Assembly (NCBI GenBank): GCA_038062075.1
Contig: JBBTXY010000003.1
Location: forward strand, 17,589-81,588
Reading direction: 5' to 3'
DNA length: 64,000 nt
Source of the DNA: Patescibacteria group bacterium
Lineage (GTDB): Bacteria > Patescibacteriota > Minisyncoccia > Phycocordibacterales > UBA2100
The notes below the pieces were generated by a model, which worked only from the letters and a program-made list of their open reading frames with translations, was not told the DNA's origin and did no database searches. Shown one piece after another: positions 9,813 through 19,552 of this stretch (its first letter is position 1; each line of letters starts with the position of its first letter). The position numbers were made by a program, and so were the translations under genes.

Positions 9813-10730
9813 ATGGCTGAAACACTCCAACAAAAAGAGCCGTCACTCGTAGAACGATTCAAAGAGATTGGTTTCGATGATCATGTGATGCTTGCGGCAC
9901 AAGGTGCCGCGCGACTGGGTGCGCGGCAGATATTGAAATTCCACGGTGCGAGTCAGGAGAAACTTCGAACGGAATTGAAGGCAGGCGATATGACTCCTGT
10001 TACGGCTGCGGATATTGCATCGGAAGAGGCGATTCTCAAAATCATAACGACTCGATTGTATTCTCCAGACGAAGTACATGCGGAGGAAAAAGGCCGCGCT
10101 GATACCGCTGAGCACAGTATTATGTGGTACGTTGATCCTCTGGATGGCACTCGGAGTTTTACGCGTGAACAAACAGCTTCCACTGTAGGTATCTGCATGT
10201 ATGAACACAACGAGCCACACACCGCAGTAATCTGTCGACCGTTCCAGTGTGAGCTATTACTCGCGGGTAAAGGAAGAGGCGCATTTGTATTTCCACTTGA
10301 CGACAAGCAGAAAATAATCGGTCCGGCAAAGCGCGTTCACGTAGCAGAGAGAAAAGATCTCACAGGTGGGATTTTCTATTGGGACGGCGTCATGACAGGA
10401 AAGAATGTCGATCGTGCCCTCAGGATGTTTGAAGGGGTGATAGCGGATACCGGAAAAACCGATTTCCGCGCGTTGGGGACGAATATAGGCGAGCAGGCCG
10501 AAGTTGCGCTCGGACACGGCGACTTAAAGTTAACGACCGGCGTCGGGGGATTCTACGATATCGCAGTGGGGGGGTTAATAATCCAGGAAGCCGGAGGGGA
10601 GGTTATTGATGAAAACGGCAAGCCGATAAGCCCGGGATCTAAAGCTGCGCTCTTTGGTAATCCGGAACTCATTAAAAAGTACGGCCCCTTGTTCCAACAG
10701 TGCTATGCGGGCTATGACGGTTTCGCTTAG
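9813..10730 (+). CDS. Inositol monophosphatase (FIG) family protein 1
   Basis: VTAAD, AEE, DPLDGT, YDIAVG..IIQEAGG. Confidence 0.85.
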   Translation: MAETLQQKEPSLVERFKEIGFDDHVMLAAQGAARLGARQILKFHGASQEKLRTELKAGDMTPVTAADIASEEAILKIITTRLYSPDEVHAEEKGRADTAEHSIMWYVDPLDGTRSFTREQTASTVGICMYEHNEPHTAVICRPFQCELLLAGKGRGAFVFPLDDKQKIIGPAKRVHVAERKDLTGGIFYWDGVMTGKNVDRALRMFEGVIADTGKTDFRALGTNIGEQAEVALGHGDLKLTTGVGGFYDIAVGGLIIQEAGGEVIDENGKPISPGSKAALFGNPELIKKYGPLFQQCYAGYDGFA

Positions 10731-10738
10731 AGCGCCCT

Positions 10739-11458
10739 ATGATCAACTATAAGGTTCTACTTCCGACATCTGGTACGGGTTCGCGACTGAAGGAAATAAC
10801 AAAAAATACCAATAAAGCATTAGTCTCTATTGCAGGAAAGCCTGCCATTGAATATATTCTTTCCTCTTATCCCAAAGAGGTACCAATAGTCGTCACGCTC
10901 GGGTACCTCGGAGAGAGCGTGAAAGCGTACCTCGAAAGCAATCACTCTGATCGGACATTCGAATTTGTGTGGGTTGATAAGTACGAAGGGCCCGGATCGA
11001 GCCTTGGCTATTCGATGCTGAAAGCAAAAGACAACCTCCAGTGCCCCTTCATCTTCCACGCCTGCGACGGCATCTTTGTGGAGCCTATCCCTACGCCGGA
11101 ATACAACTGGATAGGCGGATTTGTGGATGACTGGGAGACGACTAACTTGCCGCTTGAACAGTACCGGACACACACAATGAAGGACGGCGTGATACTCAAT
11201 CTCAATGACCGCGGAATTCCCGGATTTGATTCCATTCACATCGGCCTCGACGGCATCTTCGATTACAAAATCTATTGGGAGACCCTGCAGGCGATTTACG
11301 ATAAAGACCCGAACGACGCGCAAATATCCGATGTGCCCATTCTTGATGCGATGATACAAGCAGGCGTGCAATTCAAATGGATCCCCTACAAAGTCTGGCT
11401 CGACACGGGGAATATTCCCGCACTGCAGAGAACCACAGATTTTCTTTCTACTCAATAA
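10739..11458 (+). CDS. Nucleotidyltransferase (paralog of the N-domain of 6047..7621)
   Basis: SGTGSRL..TNKAL; VDKYEGPGSSLGYS; WLDTG. Confidence 0.85.
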   Translation: MINYKVLLPTSGTGSRLKEITKNTNKALVSIAGKPAIEYILSSYPKEVPIVVTLGYLGESVKAYLESNHSDRTFEFVWVDKYEGPGSSLGYSMLKAKDNLQCPFIFHACDGIFVEPIPTPEYNWIGGFVDDWETTNLPLEQYRTHTMKDGVILNLNDRGIPGFDSIHIGLDGIFDYKIYWETLQAIYDKDPNDAQISDVPILDAMIQAGVQFKWIPYKVWLDTGNIPALQRTTDFLSTQ

Positions 11459-11463
11459 AGTAA

Positions 11464-11489
11464 GAAGCCCCGGTCCTTACCGGGGCTTC
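11464..11489. terminator. Hairpin between convergent genes
   Basis: gaagccccgg / ccggggcttc 10-bp perfect stem. Confidence 0.75.
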
Positions 11490-11499
11490 CACGTCACTG

Positions 11500-12141
11500 T
11501 CACTGAATGAGTTGTTCTCGCGCCCACGCGAGCAGTTCTATCGGCAGGTCAGGTTGAGGGTCGCTCCAACCCTTTCCCGGCCAGTCTGCTACACGCACAA
11601 ACTCGTTTAAAAGTTCTGCGCGATGCAGGGGGTTTTCTGCACACAAAGGATCATGCATACACACCACCTGATAGTCGGCAGAGAAACCTTTCTCATCCCG
11701 TGCGATTTTTGTGTGCACGGCATACACCCGCCGAGCACTCCTTGGGTGTACCACCAGAATGATCCGAGTATGTGGCAATCCAAGCCGCACGATCGTGTCT
11801 ATGCCGAAGCGGGAGTTTTCTGCCCCGTTCTTTGCTTTTGTCTCAAGGCGGATCACGTCGCAGGGTACACCGTGGTCAGCGACCAGCAGATTTCTTTGAT
11901 GTATCGCCTCGGAACCGGAAGCTCTGGATAGCTCGCCGGAGTCTTTGCCGATGCCGCCTGTAAGCAAGATCCAGTCGATCTTTCCCAGGCGGTACAGTTT
12001 GGCTGCCGCCCGCGCCACCTCCGCATCTTCCCTGCAGAAGACAAAAGCGCCATTGGCATATTGTACACGGGAGTCATCCGGGGGCAGGAGTCCCATACCC
12101 ATGTACAACGCAACCTGCTGAAGTTTCTCTGAGTCCTTCAA
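11500..12141 (-). CDS. YdcF/DUF218 family protein
   Basis: ILLTGGIG, SEA, LETKAKNGAEN, HPRSARR; probable TTG start after GAGGAGG. Confidence 0.75.
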   Translation of the reverse strand: MKDSEKLQQVALYMGMGLLPPDDSRVQYANGAFVFCREDAEVARAAAKLYRLGKIDWILLTGGIGKDSGELSRASGSEAIHQRNLLVADHGVPCDVIRLETKAKNGAENSRFGIDTIVRLGLPHTRIILVVHPRSARRVYAVHTKIARDEKGFSADYQVVCMHDPLCAENPLHRAELLNEFVRVADWPGKGWSDPQPDLPIELLAWAREQLIQ

Positions 12142-12296
12142 AGGACCCTCCTCTCTGTTCGCTCTTCGCTTCAGCAAGCGAAGCACGAGGAGAAAGCTTT
12201 GTCAATTGGAATGTAGCTGGGCGCAGGCGACATTACATGCGGCCGCGACAACGATCATGTCTGGTGGCTATCTTCGGGCAGAGGAAATATAGTAGG

Positions 12297-12335
12297 TAAA
12301 AAACAAACGGTCTCCCCAGCGGGCTGGGGAGACCG
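12297..12335 (-). terminator. Intrinsic terminator of the IMPase 2 gene
   Basis: cggtctccccagc/gctggggagaccg stem followed on the minus strand by tttgtttttt. Confidence 0.85.
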
Positions 12336-12351
12336 AAAGATCGTGTGCTCG

Positions 12352-13227
12352 CTAAACGCGCAACACCTTGTCGCATAGATAGTCGACGATTTGCGGTGAG
12401 TTGCCGGTAACGAGGACGTCATACGCGAGGACGTCAAGAGGGTCGCATTCGGTGAATGAAAAGAGCTCCTTCTTGAACGCCCGGCAGAATCCGCCTGCCT
12501 GCTCCACGAGCAGTGACCCGCAGACATCCCACGGGCCGCCGATTGCGAGCGTGAGCGATCCGGCGATGGAGCGAGCACCATTCGCGACGAGCGCCTGATG
12601 CAAGCCGTTCGAGCCCGGGAGCAGGATTTTCACCTCGCCGTTAAGCGAAGCAAAGAGCTTCGCAGTCTGCGCATCGGTGAGTATCTGCCGACCAGCGCGC
12701 TTAAAGCCATGCGAGACGTCGACGAGAATTGTCAGTTGCTCGTTGACCTCGCTCGTCCTCTTGCCGTCCCATTCGTTGCCGACTTGTATCGGGGCCGAGT
12801 TTTCTCCTGTGGCGAAATTGTGCCACAGAAGCTGGGTTAGCGTTATGTCGCTCGCTGACCATATCCGGCCGGTAGCCGGTTCGCCAATGACGCACCGTGT
12901 TACCTTATGTACATTGTGGTCGTACGTTGCCGCGATGACTGTTGATGTTGCCAATCCGATGGCGAAGGCTCGCGTGCCGTCCATCGGATCCACCAATATT
13001 TTGACTGGCGCATCCACCGTGTGTCGGTCGGACTCCTCGGCATGGATGTAGGTGCCGGGGATGCCTTGCAGAACCTCAAGCATTGCCGCTTGGCTCTGCT
13101 TGTCGGTCGGCGTCACTTGCGTGCCGTCCGTCTGCTTCACTGCGGTCGTGGTCGGCCGGCCTTGGTTGGCACGGACGACTTTCATGCCCGCGATCACTGC
13201 CGTCGTGAGACGGTCGAGCATCTCCAT
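12352..13227 (-). CDS. Inositol monophosphatase family protein 2
   Basis: VTPTD, HAEE, DPMDGT, GGPWD. Confidence 0.85.
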   Translation of the reverse strand: MEMLDRLTTAVIAGMKVVRANQGRPTTTAVKQTDGTQVTPTDKQSQAAMLEVLQGIPGTYIHAEESDRHTVDAPVKILVDPMDGTRAFAIGLATSTVIAATYDHNVHKVTRCVIGEPATGRIWSASDITLTQLLWHNFATGENSAPIQVGNEWDGKRTSEVNEQLTILVDVSHGFKRAGRQILTDAQTAKLFASLNGEVKILLPGSNGLHQALVANGARSIAGSLTLAIGGPWDVCGSLLVEQAGGFCRAFKKELFSFTECDPLDVLAYDVLVTGNSPQIVDYLCDKVLRV

Positions 13228-13363
13228 TTCTGTACTCCCTTAAAGAGCGAGTGGCATAATGCCACGAGGCAAAAACTATATCACGCCGATAGCAATGTGA
13301 CAAGAGTCGCATTGCCGCTTGTGCTCGAGTCAAAAAGGCTCCATTAATGATATTGTATGCACA

Positions 13364-14278
13364 ATGAAGAAGAAGATTTTGGTGACTGGAGTCGCTGGAT
13401 TCATCGGAAGCAATCTCGCGAAAAGGCTCGTCGAGGCGGGGTATGACGTGGTCGGCTTGGACAACTTTTCCCAGGGCATCCCCGAGCATGTGCCTTCCGG
13501 CATGCGTTTCAAGCAAGCCGATATCCGCTCCCGCGACATAGCACCACTCTTTCGTGGGATAGACGTCGTCTTTCACCTTGCCGCGAAGAATTCGCTTCGG
13601 GATTGCCAGGAAGATCCTGTGGGCACGATGGAGATGAATGTCGTCGGGACCGCGAACGTTTTCGACGTGTCCTTAAAAGCCGGCGTGAAGAAAGTGATCT
13701 ACGCGCAATCGTCGGTTGTTGAAGAAGGCGAGGAGCGCAGAAAAGGTTTCTATGCGATAAGCAAGATCACAGATGAGCTACTCGCGGGCGGGTTTCAGAC
13801 TATGGGTCTCACGACGGTCGGCCTCCGCTATTTCAATGTCTACGGCCCGGGGCAGGATTATCGCCGCTCCTCGCCGCCCATTATGAGCCGCTTCATCTCC
13901 ACGCTCCTCAAAGGGGAGCAGCCAGTTCTTTTTGAGGGTGATGAGAACAACAAGCGCGATTTCATACACGTCGACGACATCAACGATTTCCATCTCCTCT
14001 GTGTCGAAGACGAGCGGGTCGACAATCGAGTGTTTCGGCTAGGGACCGGGAAGAATTTCTCGATGGTTGAAGTGCTCGATACGGTTCAGAAAGTGCTCGG
14101 CACTCACACCGAGTCCTCCCACAAGCCGCGCCCTCCGCATGATCCTCCAGTCCAAACCCTCGCCGATATCAGCGAAACGACCGCACTCGGATGGCAGCCG
14201 ACAATCGGGCTTGAAGAAGGAGTCCGTAGTATGGTGCCCTATATCAAGGCTGAAATAGAGCGCGGGGCTCTCAAGTAG
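13364..14278 (+). CDS. NAD-dependent nucleotide-sugar epimerase/dehydratase
   Basis: TGVAGFIG, YAISK, RYFNVYGPGQ, RDFIHVDD. Confidence 0.9.
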   Translation: MKKKILVTGVAGFIGSNLAKRLVEAGYDVVGLDNFSQGIPEHVPSGMRFKQADIRSRDIAPLFRGIDVVFHLAAKNSLRDCQEDPVGTMEMNVVGTANVFDVSLKAGVKKVIYAQSSVVEEGEERRKGFYAISKITDELLAGGFQTMGLTTVGLRYFNVYGPGQDYRRSSPPIMSRFISTLLKGEQPVLFEGDENNKRDFIHVDDINDFHLLCVEDERVDNRVFRLGTGKNFSMVEVLDTVQKVLGTHTESSHKPRPPHDPPVQTLADISETTALGWQPTIGLEEGVRSMVPYIKAEIERGALK

Positions 14279-14310
14279 ACAAGCCCAGATCAAGGGAGTA
14301 CTCTGGCACA

Positions 14311-15303
14311 ATGATAATCACACGGACGCCATTTCGGGTGACTCTTGGCGGCGGCGGGACGGATTTGCCTGCCTACTACGAAAAACACGGCGGGTTCATC
14401 TTTTCCGCCGGACTCGACAAATACATGTATGTGACGGTAAACCGCCCTATGGAAGATGATCTCGTCCGCATCAAATACAGCGCGACTGAAGTCGTCAAGA
14501 AAGTAAAAGACATCAAGCATCCGATCGCACGAGAAGCTCTTACCATGCTGGGCGTTGAGAAGCAGGTCGAGATCAGTTCGGTTGCGGATGTTTCTGCGGG
14601 TACTGGTCTTGGCTCATCGAGCTGTTATGCGGTCGGGATTCTCCACGCGCTCCACGTGATGAAGCGCGATTATGTGCCGCTCCAGACGATCGCGGAAGAA
14701 GATTTTCTTCTGGAGAATAAGAAACTTGGCCGTCCGATAGGGAAGCAAGACCCCTACATGGCCGCGTTCGGCGGGCTCACGGTCTTAGATATCGCCAAAA
14801 ACGGTTCTGTGAAAGTCCGCAAAGCAAATGTATCGCAAGAAGCGGCCGACACGCTGAATCGCAACATGCTCATGTTCTTTACGGGGGTCACACGCAGTGC
14901 CGACGACATTCTCAAGCAACAGTCAAAGGCCTTCAAAGGAAACAAAAAAGACGCGACCGAGAGCATGCACTACATCAAGGAGATTGGGCACGAGATACTT
15001 GCGGCCATGGAGGATGACGAAGTTGATGAAGTGGGAAGGCTCTTCGATGCACACTGGCGACACAAGAAGAAGACAGCAAGCGGCATGTCGAACTCGAAGT
15101 TTGATGCGATCTACGAGACGGCGAAAGATGCCGGGGCGCTTGGGGGGAAGATTTCCGGCGCTGGCGGCGGCGGATTCTTTACATTCTATGTCCCGGAGAG
15201 GCACAAAGAATTCAGGAAGGCAATGCAGAAGTACGGCCTTCGCGAACTTCGCTACCACTTTGACTTCGAGGGATCAAAAGTCTTGGCCGACATCAGCCAG
15301 TAG
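14311..15303 (+). CDS. hddA: GHMP sugar kinase, HddA-like (heptose-7-phosphate 1-kinase)
   Basis: RTPFRVTLGGGGTD, GTGLGSSS, GKQD, GGKISGAGGGG. Confidence 0.8.
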   Translation: MIITRTPFRVTLGGGGTDLPAYYEKHGGFIFSAGLDKYMYVTVNRPMEDDLVRIKYSATEVVKKVKDIKHPIAREALTMLGVEKQVEISSVADVSAGTGLGSSSCYAVGILHALHVMKRDYVPLQTIAEEDFLLENKKLGRPIGKQDPYMAAFGGLTVLDIAKNGSVKVRKANVSQEAADTLNRNMLMFFTGVTRSADDILKQQSKAFKGNKKDATESMHYIKEIGHEILAAMEDDEVDEVGRLFDAHWRHKKKTASGMSNSKFDAIYETAKDAGALGGKISGAGGGGFFTFYVPERHKEFRKAMQKYGLRELRYHFDFEGSKVLADISQ

Positions 15304-15305
15304 CT

Positions 15306-16040
15306 ATGAAGGATCCGAAGCCGGTGCACAAACTGCGTCTGAAGATATTCGCTGATGGCGCAGAGAAAGACGGCATGCTCGCGCTTGCGAAAGAGCCTTT
15401 TATTAAGGGGTTTACCACCAACCCGACTCTCATGAAAAAGGCGGGTATTACTGATTATGCGGCGTTTGCAAAAGATATTCTCGCCTCCATAACAAAAAAA
15501 CCCATCTCATTCGAGGTTTTTTCCGACGATTTTGATGAGATGGAGCGGCAGGCGCGCATCATCAATGCGTGGGGGGAGAATATCTACGTGAAAATTCCGG
15601 TTACCAACACGAAAAAGAAGTCGGCCGCGGCGCTCGTCAGAAAGCTCTCTCATGAAGGGATTCGACTCAATGTCACGGCGCTTCTTACGCTTGTGCAAGT
15701 GAAGGAAATGACCGCAGCGCTCTCGCCGAAAACTCCCGCGATCATTTCTGTCTTTGCCGGCCGCATTGCGGATACGGGTTACGACCCGCTTCCTATCATG
15801 AAAGCCGCAAAAGCGATCACCTTGAGAAAGAAAAATATTGAGCTTCTCTGGGCGTCGCCGCGCCAGCTCTTTGACATCTACAATGCCGAGGCTGCGGGAG
15901 CCGATATTATTACGGTGACGCACGACGTTCTCAAAAAACTCGACAAGATCGGGTACGACCATACGGCACTTTCCCTGGACACGGTGAAAATGTTCTATGA
16001 CGACGGCCAGAAAGTTGGCTACACACTCTATGAAGCGTGA
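15306..16040 (+). CDS. tal: Transaldolase (TalC/FSA type)
   Basis: GFTTNPTL, YVKIP, NVTA, SVFAGRIAD, LLWAS. Confidence 0.85.
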   Translation: MKDPKPVHKLRLKIFADGAEKDGMLALAKEPFIKGFTTNPTLMKKAGITDYAAFAKDILASITKKPISFEVFSDDFDEMERQARIINAWGENIYVKIPVTNTKKKSAAALVRKLSHEGIRLNVTALLTLVQVKEMTAALSPKTPAIISVFAGRIADTGYDPLPIMKAAKAITLRKKNIELLWASPRQLFDIYNAEAAGADIITVTHDVLKKLDKIGYDHTALSLDTVKMFYDDGQKVGYTLYEA

Positions 16041-16047
16041 GGCAAAA

Positions 16048-16710
16048 ATGAGAACGAAGAAGAAGCGCACTCGCACAAAAAAGCGGATCGCAAGAAAAAC
16101 GAGCTACCACGATCACATTCACGGCTACTTGGACGAAGTGAAGCTTATCGCGGAGCGGATTGATCGCGAAGCGATCAATGACATGATCAACCTGCTTGCG
16201 GATGTGCGCGATAAAAAGGGGCGGCTCTTCATTCTTGGTGTTGGCGGCTCTGCGGCCAACGCTTCTCATGCCGTCAATGATTTTCGAAAAATCGGGCACA
16301 TCGAGGCATACACGCCGGTGGATAATGTCGCAGAGTTAAGCGCCCGTACGAACGACGACGGATGGGAATCGGTCTTCGCCCGATGGCTGGAGCGCAGTGG
16401 CGTTCGGAAAGATGACGCCGTCATGGTGTTTTCTGTTGGCGGCGGGAATGCCGAGAAGAATATAAGCGCCAATATCGTGCATGCACTTAACACTGCCAAA
16501 GCTGCAGGCGCGAAGATCATGGGTATCGTGAGCCGTGATGGAGGTTATACCGCACAAGTTGCCGATGCCTGTGTCATCGTGCCAGTCGTAAATCCCGACA
16601 ACGTGACCGCGCACGCGGAGGCGTGGCAGGCGGTCGTCTGGCACGCGATGGTCCTCCATCCGAAATTCAAGCGTATTGAGGCAACATGGGAGTCAATCCA
16701 AAAAAGATAG
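16048..16710 (+). CDS. gmhA: SIS-domain sugar-phosphate isomerase, GmhA-like
   Basis: GVGGSAANASH, TARTND-like SARTNDDG, FSVGG; several positions differ from canonical GmhA. Confidence 0.7.
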   Translation: MRTKKKRTRTKKRIARKTSYHDHIHGYLDEVKLIAERIDREAINDMINLLADVRDKKGRLFILGVGGSAANASHAVNDFRKIGHIEAYTPVDNVAELSARTNDDGWESVFARWLERSGVRKDDAVMVFSVGGGNAEKNISANIVHALNTAKAAGAKIMGIVSRDGGYTAQVADACVIVPVVNPDNVTAHAEAWQAVVWHAMVLHPKFKRIEATWESIQKR

Positions 16711-17294
16711 AACTTATTCGCCAAGTGTGGGCAAAAGGGAACCGTGTCGCACGGCCCGCAGTTTTTTTTGACAGGGACGGGGTTGTGATCCGACAGCGTA
16801 ATGTGGTGAGCGAGGAGAAACATATGCGCCCGCTTGCGGGAGCAGCTGCAGGACTACGCTCACTTCAGGAGTGCGGATTTCTGCTCATCATCATCACGAA
16901 TCAGCCGTCCATTGAAAAGGGTATGGTGACGGAGGCGCGCGCGCGAAGACTTAATGAGTATTTATACCAGGAGCTCAAGAAAAAAAGAGTAACATTTGAC
17001 GCATCGTACACGTGTCCGCATCGTTTCGGGACGGAGTGCACCTGCCGCAAGCCGGGTCTCGAGCTCATCCGCGCGGCACAAAAAGATTTCAAAATTGATA
17101 TGAAGCAGAGCTGGCTTATCGGCGATACGACGCGTGATATGGAAACTGGACGCCGCGCCAAGCTAAAGACGATTCTCGTCAAAACCGGCGATGGCGGGAA
17201 AGATAAAAGATTTTTCAAAACGCGAGGGGACATTGAAACGCGAAATTTGCGCCTCGCGGCGCAGGCCATTGCAAAGAAGAAGGGCCGACTGTAA
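16686..17294 (+). CDS. gmhB: Heptose-bisphosphate phosphatase, GmhB (HAD IIIA)
   Basis: FFDRDGV, ITNQ, CPH...CTCRKP, IGD. Confidence 0.85.
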   Translation: MGVNPKKIELIRQVWAKGNRVARPAVFFDRDGVVIRQRNVVSEEKHMRPLAGAAAGLRSLQECGFLLIIITNQPSIEKGMVTEARARRLNEYLYQELKKKRVTFDASYTCPHRFGTECTCRKPGLELIRAAQKDFKIDMKQSWLIGDTTRDMETGRRAKLKTILVKTGDGGKDKRFFKTRGDIETRNLRLAAQAIAKKKGRL

Positions 17295-17307
17295 TGAAAG
17301 TCGGCCC
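17282..17307. terminator. Hairpin between convergent genes
   Basis: gggccgact / agtcggccc stem. Confidence 0.6.
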
Positions 17308-17317
17308 CCTCGTCCTT

Positions 17318-18019
17318 TTAGGAAAGGTTTTCGATAAGCGCAAGCATGTTGATCTCGCGCCAGTCGAAAAAGATGCGACAAACGCCAGCCTCGACAAGCG
17401 CGGCAACCGTCGTTGGTCGAATGACGACCGGCATTCCGATTGCTTTTGACCCGGCCCCTCTCAGAGCCTTGACGCCGCGGGGTGAATCTTCGAAACCAAT
17501 CTGATCTCTAGGGTCAATTCCCATGACATCGGCGGTCCGCAGGAACACATCTGGAGCGGGCTTCTCGTTTCTGACGTGCTCGCGGAGAACGATTGTCTTT
17601 TTGTCGAACAGCTCACTGAGTCCTGATCGCTCAAGAAGTGTCATGGCTTGCCCTTCTGGTGTAAGAGAACCAATGGCAAGCTTTAAGCCCAGCGCTTGTG
17701 CTATCCTGAATGCCTCAAGAAATCCTGGGCGGGTCTCAATGGGCACTGTCGCGAGCAGACGCTCGTAGTAGTATTTGTCGCGGCTTAGCACTTCACCAAC
17801 TGCTATGCTGGTGCGTGCTGCTGGATCGAGCAGGGCAAAAATGTCTTCACACACTCGCTCATCCGGCCCACCGATGAAGTGCGGTAATTTCACATACGCC
17901 TCTTCGAGTGTGAGGTTAACTCCGAATTCTGCCGCCGTCGCGAGATGGCCGTAGTGGTGTGCAGTTTCAACGTTAACAACAGTACCTTCGAGGTCGAAGG
18001 CGATTCCTCTTATGGGCAT
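17318..18019 (-). CDS. HAD-family phosphatase (beta-PGM/YcjU-like)
   Basis: FDLEGT motif I variant, KPAPDVF, FEDSPRG. Confidence 0.85.
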   Translation of the reverse strand: MPIRGIAFDLEGTVVNVETAHHYGHLATAAEFGVNLTLEEAYVKLPHFIGGPDERVCEDIFALLDPAARTSIAVGEVLSRDKYYYERLLATVPIETRPGFLEAFRIAQALGLKLAIGSLTPEGQAMTLLERSGLSELFDKKTIVLREHVRNEKPAPDVFLRTADVMGIDPRDQIGFEDSPRGVKALRGAGSKAIGMPVVIRPTTVAALVEAGVCRIFFDWREINMLALIENLS

Positions 18020-18031
18020 GACACCCTCCTT

Positions 18032-18466
18032 TCATTTCAAAGATGTGAATGCGAGTCCGACGACGCCGATTACGATAAAAGCCGTGAAGGCGATTTTGGG
18101 GCCGGTCACCGGATCACCGAAGAAGATCGGCCCGCCGATAGCATTCGTGACAATGACAAGTGCCGGCATCAGCGTCATGTAGAGCGAGATCTGCGTCCCC
18201 GCAGCTGTTTGCAGCTTGGGGAACAACATATGCCCAGCGAGATTGAGACATCCCGCAATGAGCATATATTTCGCTCCGGTTGAAACAAGTGTTGCCGAAG
18301 ATATCCTTCCCGGTAAGAAGGGAAGAAATCCGATCGTCGTGACCGCATTCAAGAGAAAGCCTCTGACGAACGGGTCGGAGATGTCGCTTGCCTGCGCCAC
18401 AAGGGGCCAGCCGCCCCAAAATACGACTCCGATCAGCGCCACAAGCGCCAATGAGGTGATGTCCAT
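18032..18466 (-). CDS. Small DMT/EamA-like membrane transporter
   Basis: About five hydrophobic helices, WGGW, FFGDPVT..KI (EamA-like C-terminus). Confidence 0.7.
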   Translation of the reverse strand: MDITSLALVALIGVVFWGGWPLVAQASDISDPFVRGFLLNAVTTIGFLPFLPGRISSATLVSTGAKYMLIAGCLNLAGHMLFPKLQTAAGTQISLYMTLMPALVIVTNAIGGPIFFGDPVTGPKIAFTAFIVIGVVGLAFTSLK

Positions 18467-18565
18467 CGGTTTATCCTTTCAAGGTGCAGTTTGAACGCAG
18501 CCAAGATAGTACCACAAGTATTGAGTATTACAAGTGGGCGGGGGTGCAGTTCGTAATCAGCCTGC

Positions 18566-19552
18566 CTACGCAGTTGCATCAGGTCTGCGGACCGACCACC
18601 CATGCTTTGGCAGTTGGTCGAAGAGCCACTCTGCGATTGCTGGTTCGCCGGCGACGAAGCCGAGGCGGTTTTCGCGGCTCGCCACGGAAAAGGAACGCTC
18701 GTCGTATTCTGCTGCTGGAACGAGTTTCGAAGTCCCGTCGTTTGCATCCATGTCCGGGACGAGACGAAAGAATTTGAAGACCCTTCCGCTCTCGAGGACG
18801 GCGCGGTACATCGGTGCCCAATCCCATGGTTTTTGCGGCGTTTGGATCAGAGCCTGAAGTCTTCCGGTGGCTATTTGTGCAAGCGCTAAGAGGCCGGAGT
18901 TTGCCAGTGTCCACGCACGGATCTGCGACGCGATAGACGGGACGGCGGACATGAACGGCTGGTGGAGCGTCGCGTCAACTCCCATCGCTACAATTGCATC
19001 TTTGCGCGCTGTGCCTTCGTGCAACGGCTCGATGCGCTCGGGCTTCTTGGCACCCCATTCAGTAATGTACACACCTTTCCCTTTTTCTGCCGTAACCGTC
19101 ATACCGCCGTTGAGCGCCGGCGCGTGCAGGACGCTTCCTATAAGCTCGCCATGCTGCATAAGCCCTGCGCCAACCGACCAGGTGCCCAGTTTGTTCGCGT
19201 ATCCGGCCGTGCCATCTATGGGATCCATGACGACAACGTTGGCCATTTCGAGTATTCCCTTAGGATTATTGATATCAAGCACCTTCCCGCCGCCTACACC
19301 TCCTTCTTCGGAGAGAATGTAGGCCTCGGGAAATGCGTGGCCGATGTTCTCAAAAAGTATGTCTTGTGCGCGCACGTCCCCGCTGGTGATACCAGAACGA
19401 TGGCTTTCGTCTCCCTTGATCTCGAATGCCCGCTCTTCAAGCTCTTTTATCGATGAACCCGCTGAAACAACCGCACCTAATAATCGAGCGATTGATCTTG
19501 GATTTTCGAGTGTTACGTCAGTCCTTTCGATCATGTCATTCTTTGTGCGCAT
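18566..19552 (-). CDS. Inositol monophosphatase family protein 3
   Basis: TSGD, LSEE, DPIDGT, KPWD. Confidence 0.85.
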   Translation of the reverse strand: MRTKNDMIERTDVTLENPRSIARLLGAVVSAGSSIKELEERAFEIKGDESHRSGITSGDVRAQDILFENIGHAFPEAYILSEEGGVGGGKVLDINNPKGILEMANVVVMDPIDGTAGYANKLGTWSVGAGLMQHGELIGSVLHAPALNGGMTVTAEKGKGVYITEWGAKKPERIEPLHEGTARKDAIVAMGVDATLHQPFMSAVPSIASQIRAWTLANSGLLALAQIATGRLQALIQTPQKPWDWAPMYRAVLESGRVFKFFRLVPDMDANDGTSKLVPAAEYDERSFSVASRENRLGFVAGEPAIAEWLFDQLPKHGWSVRRPDATA

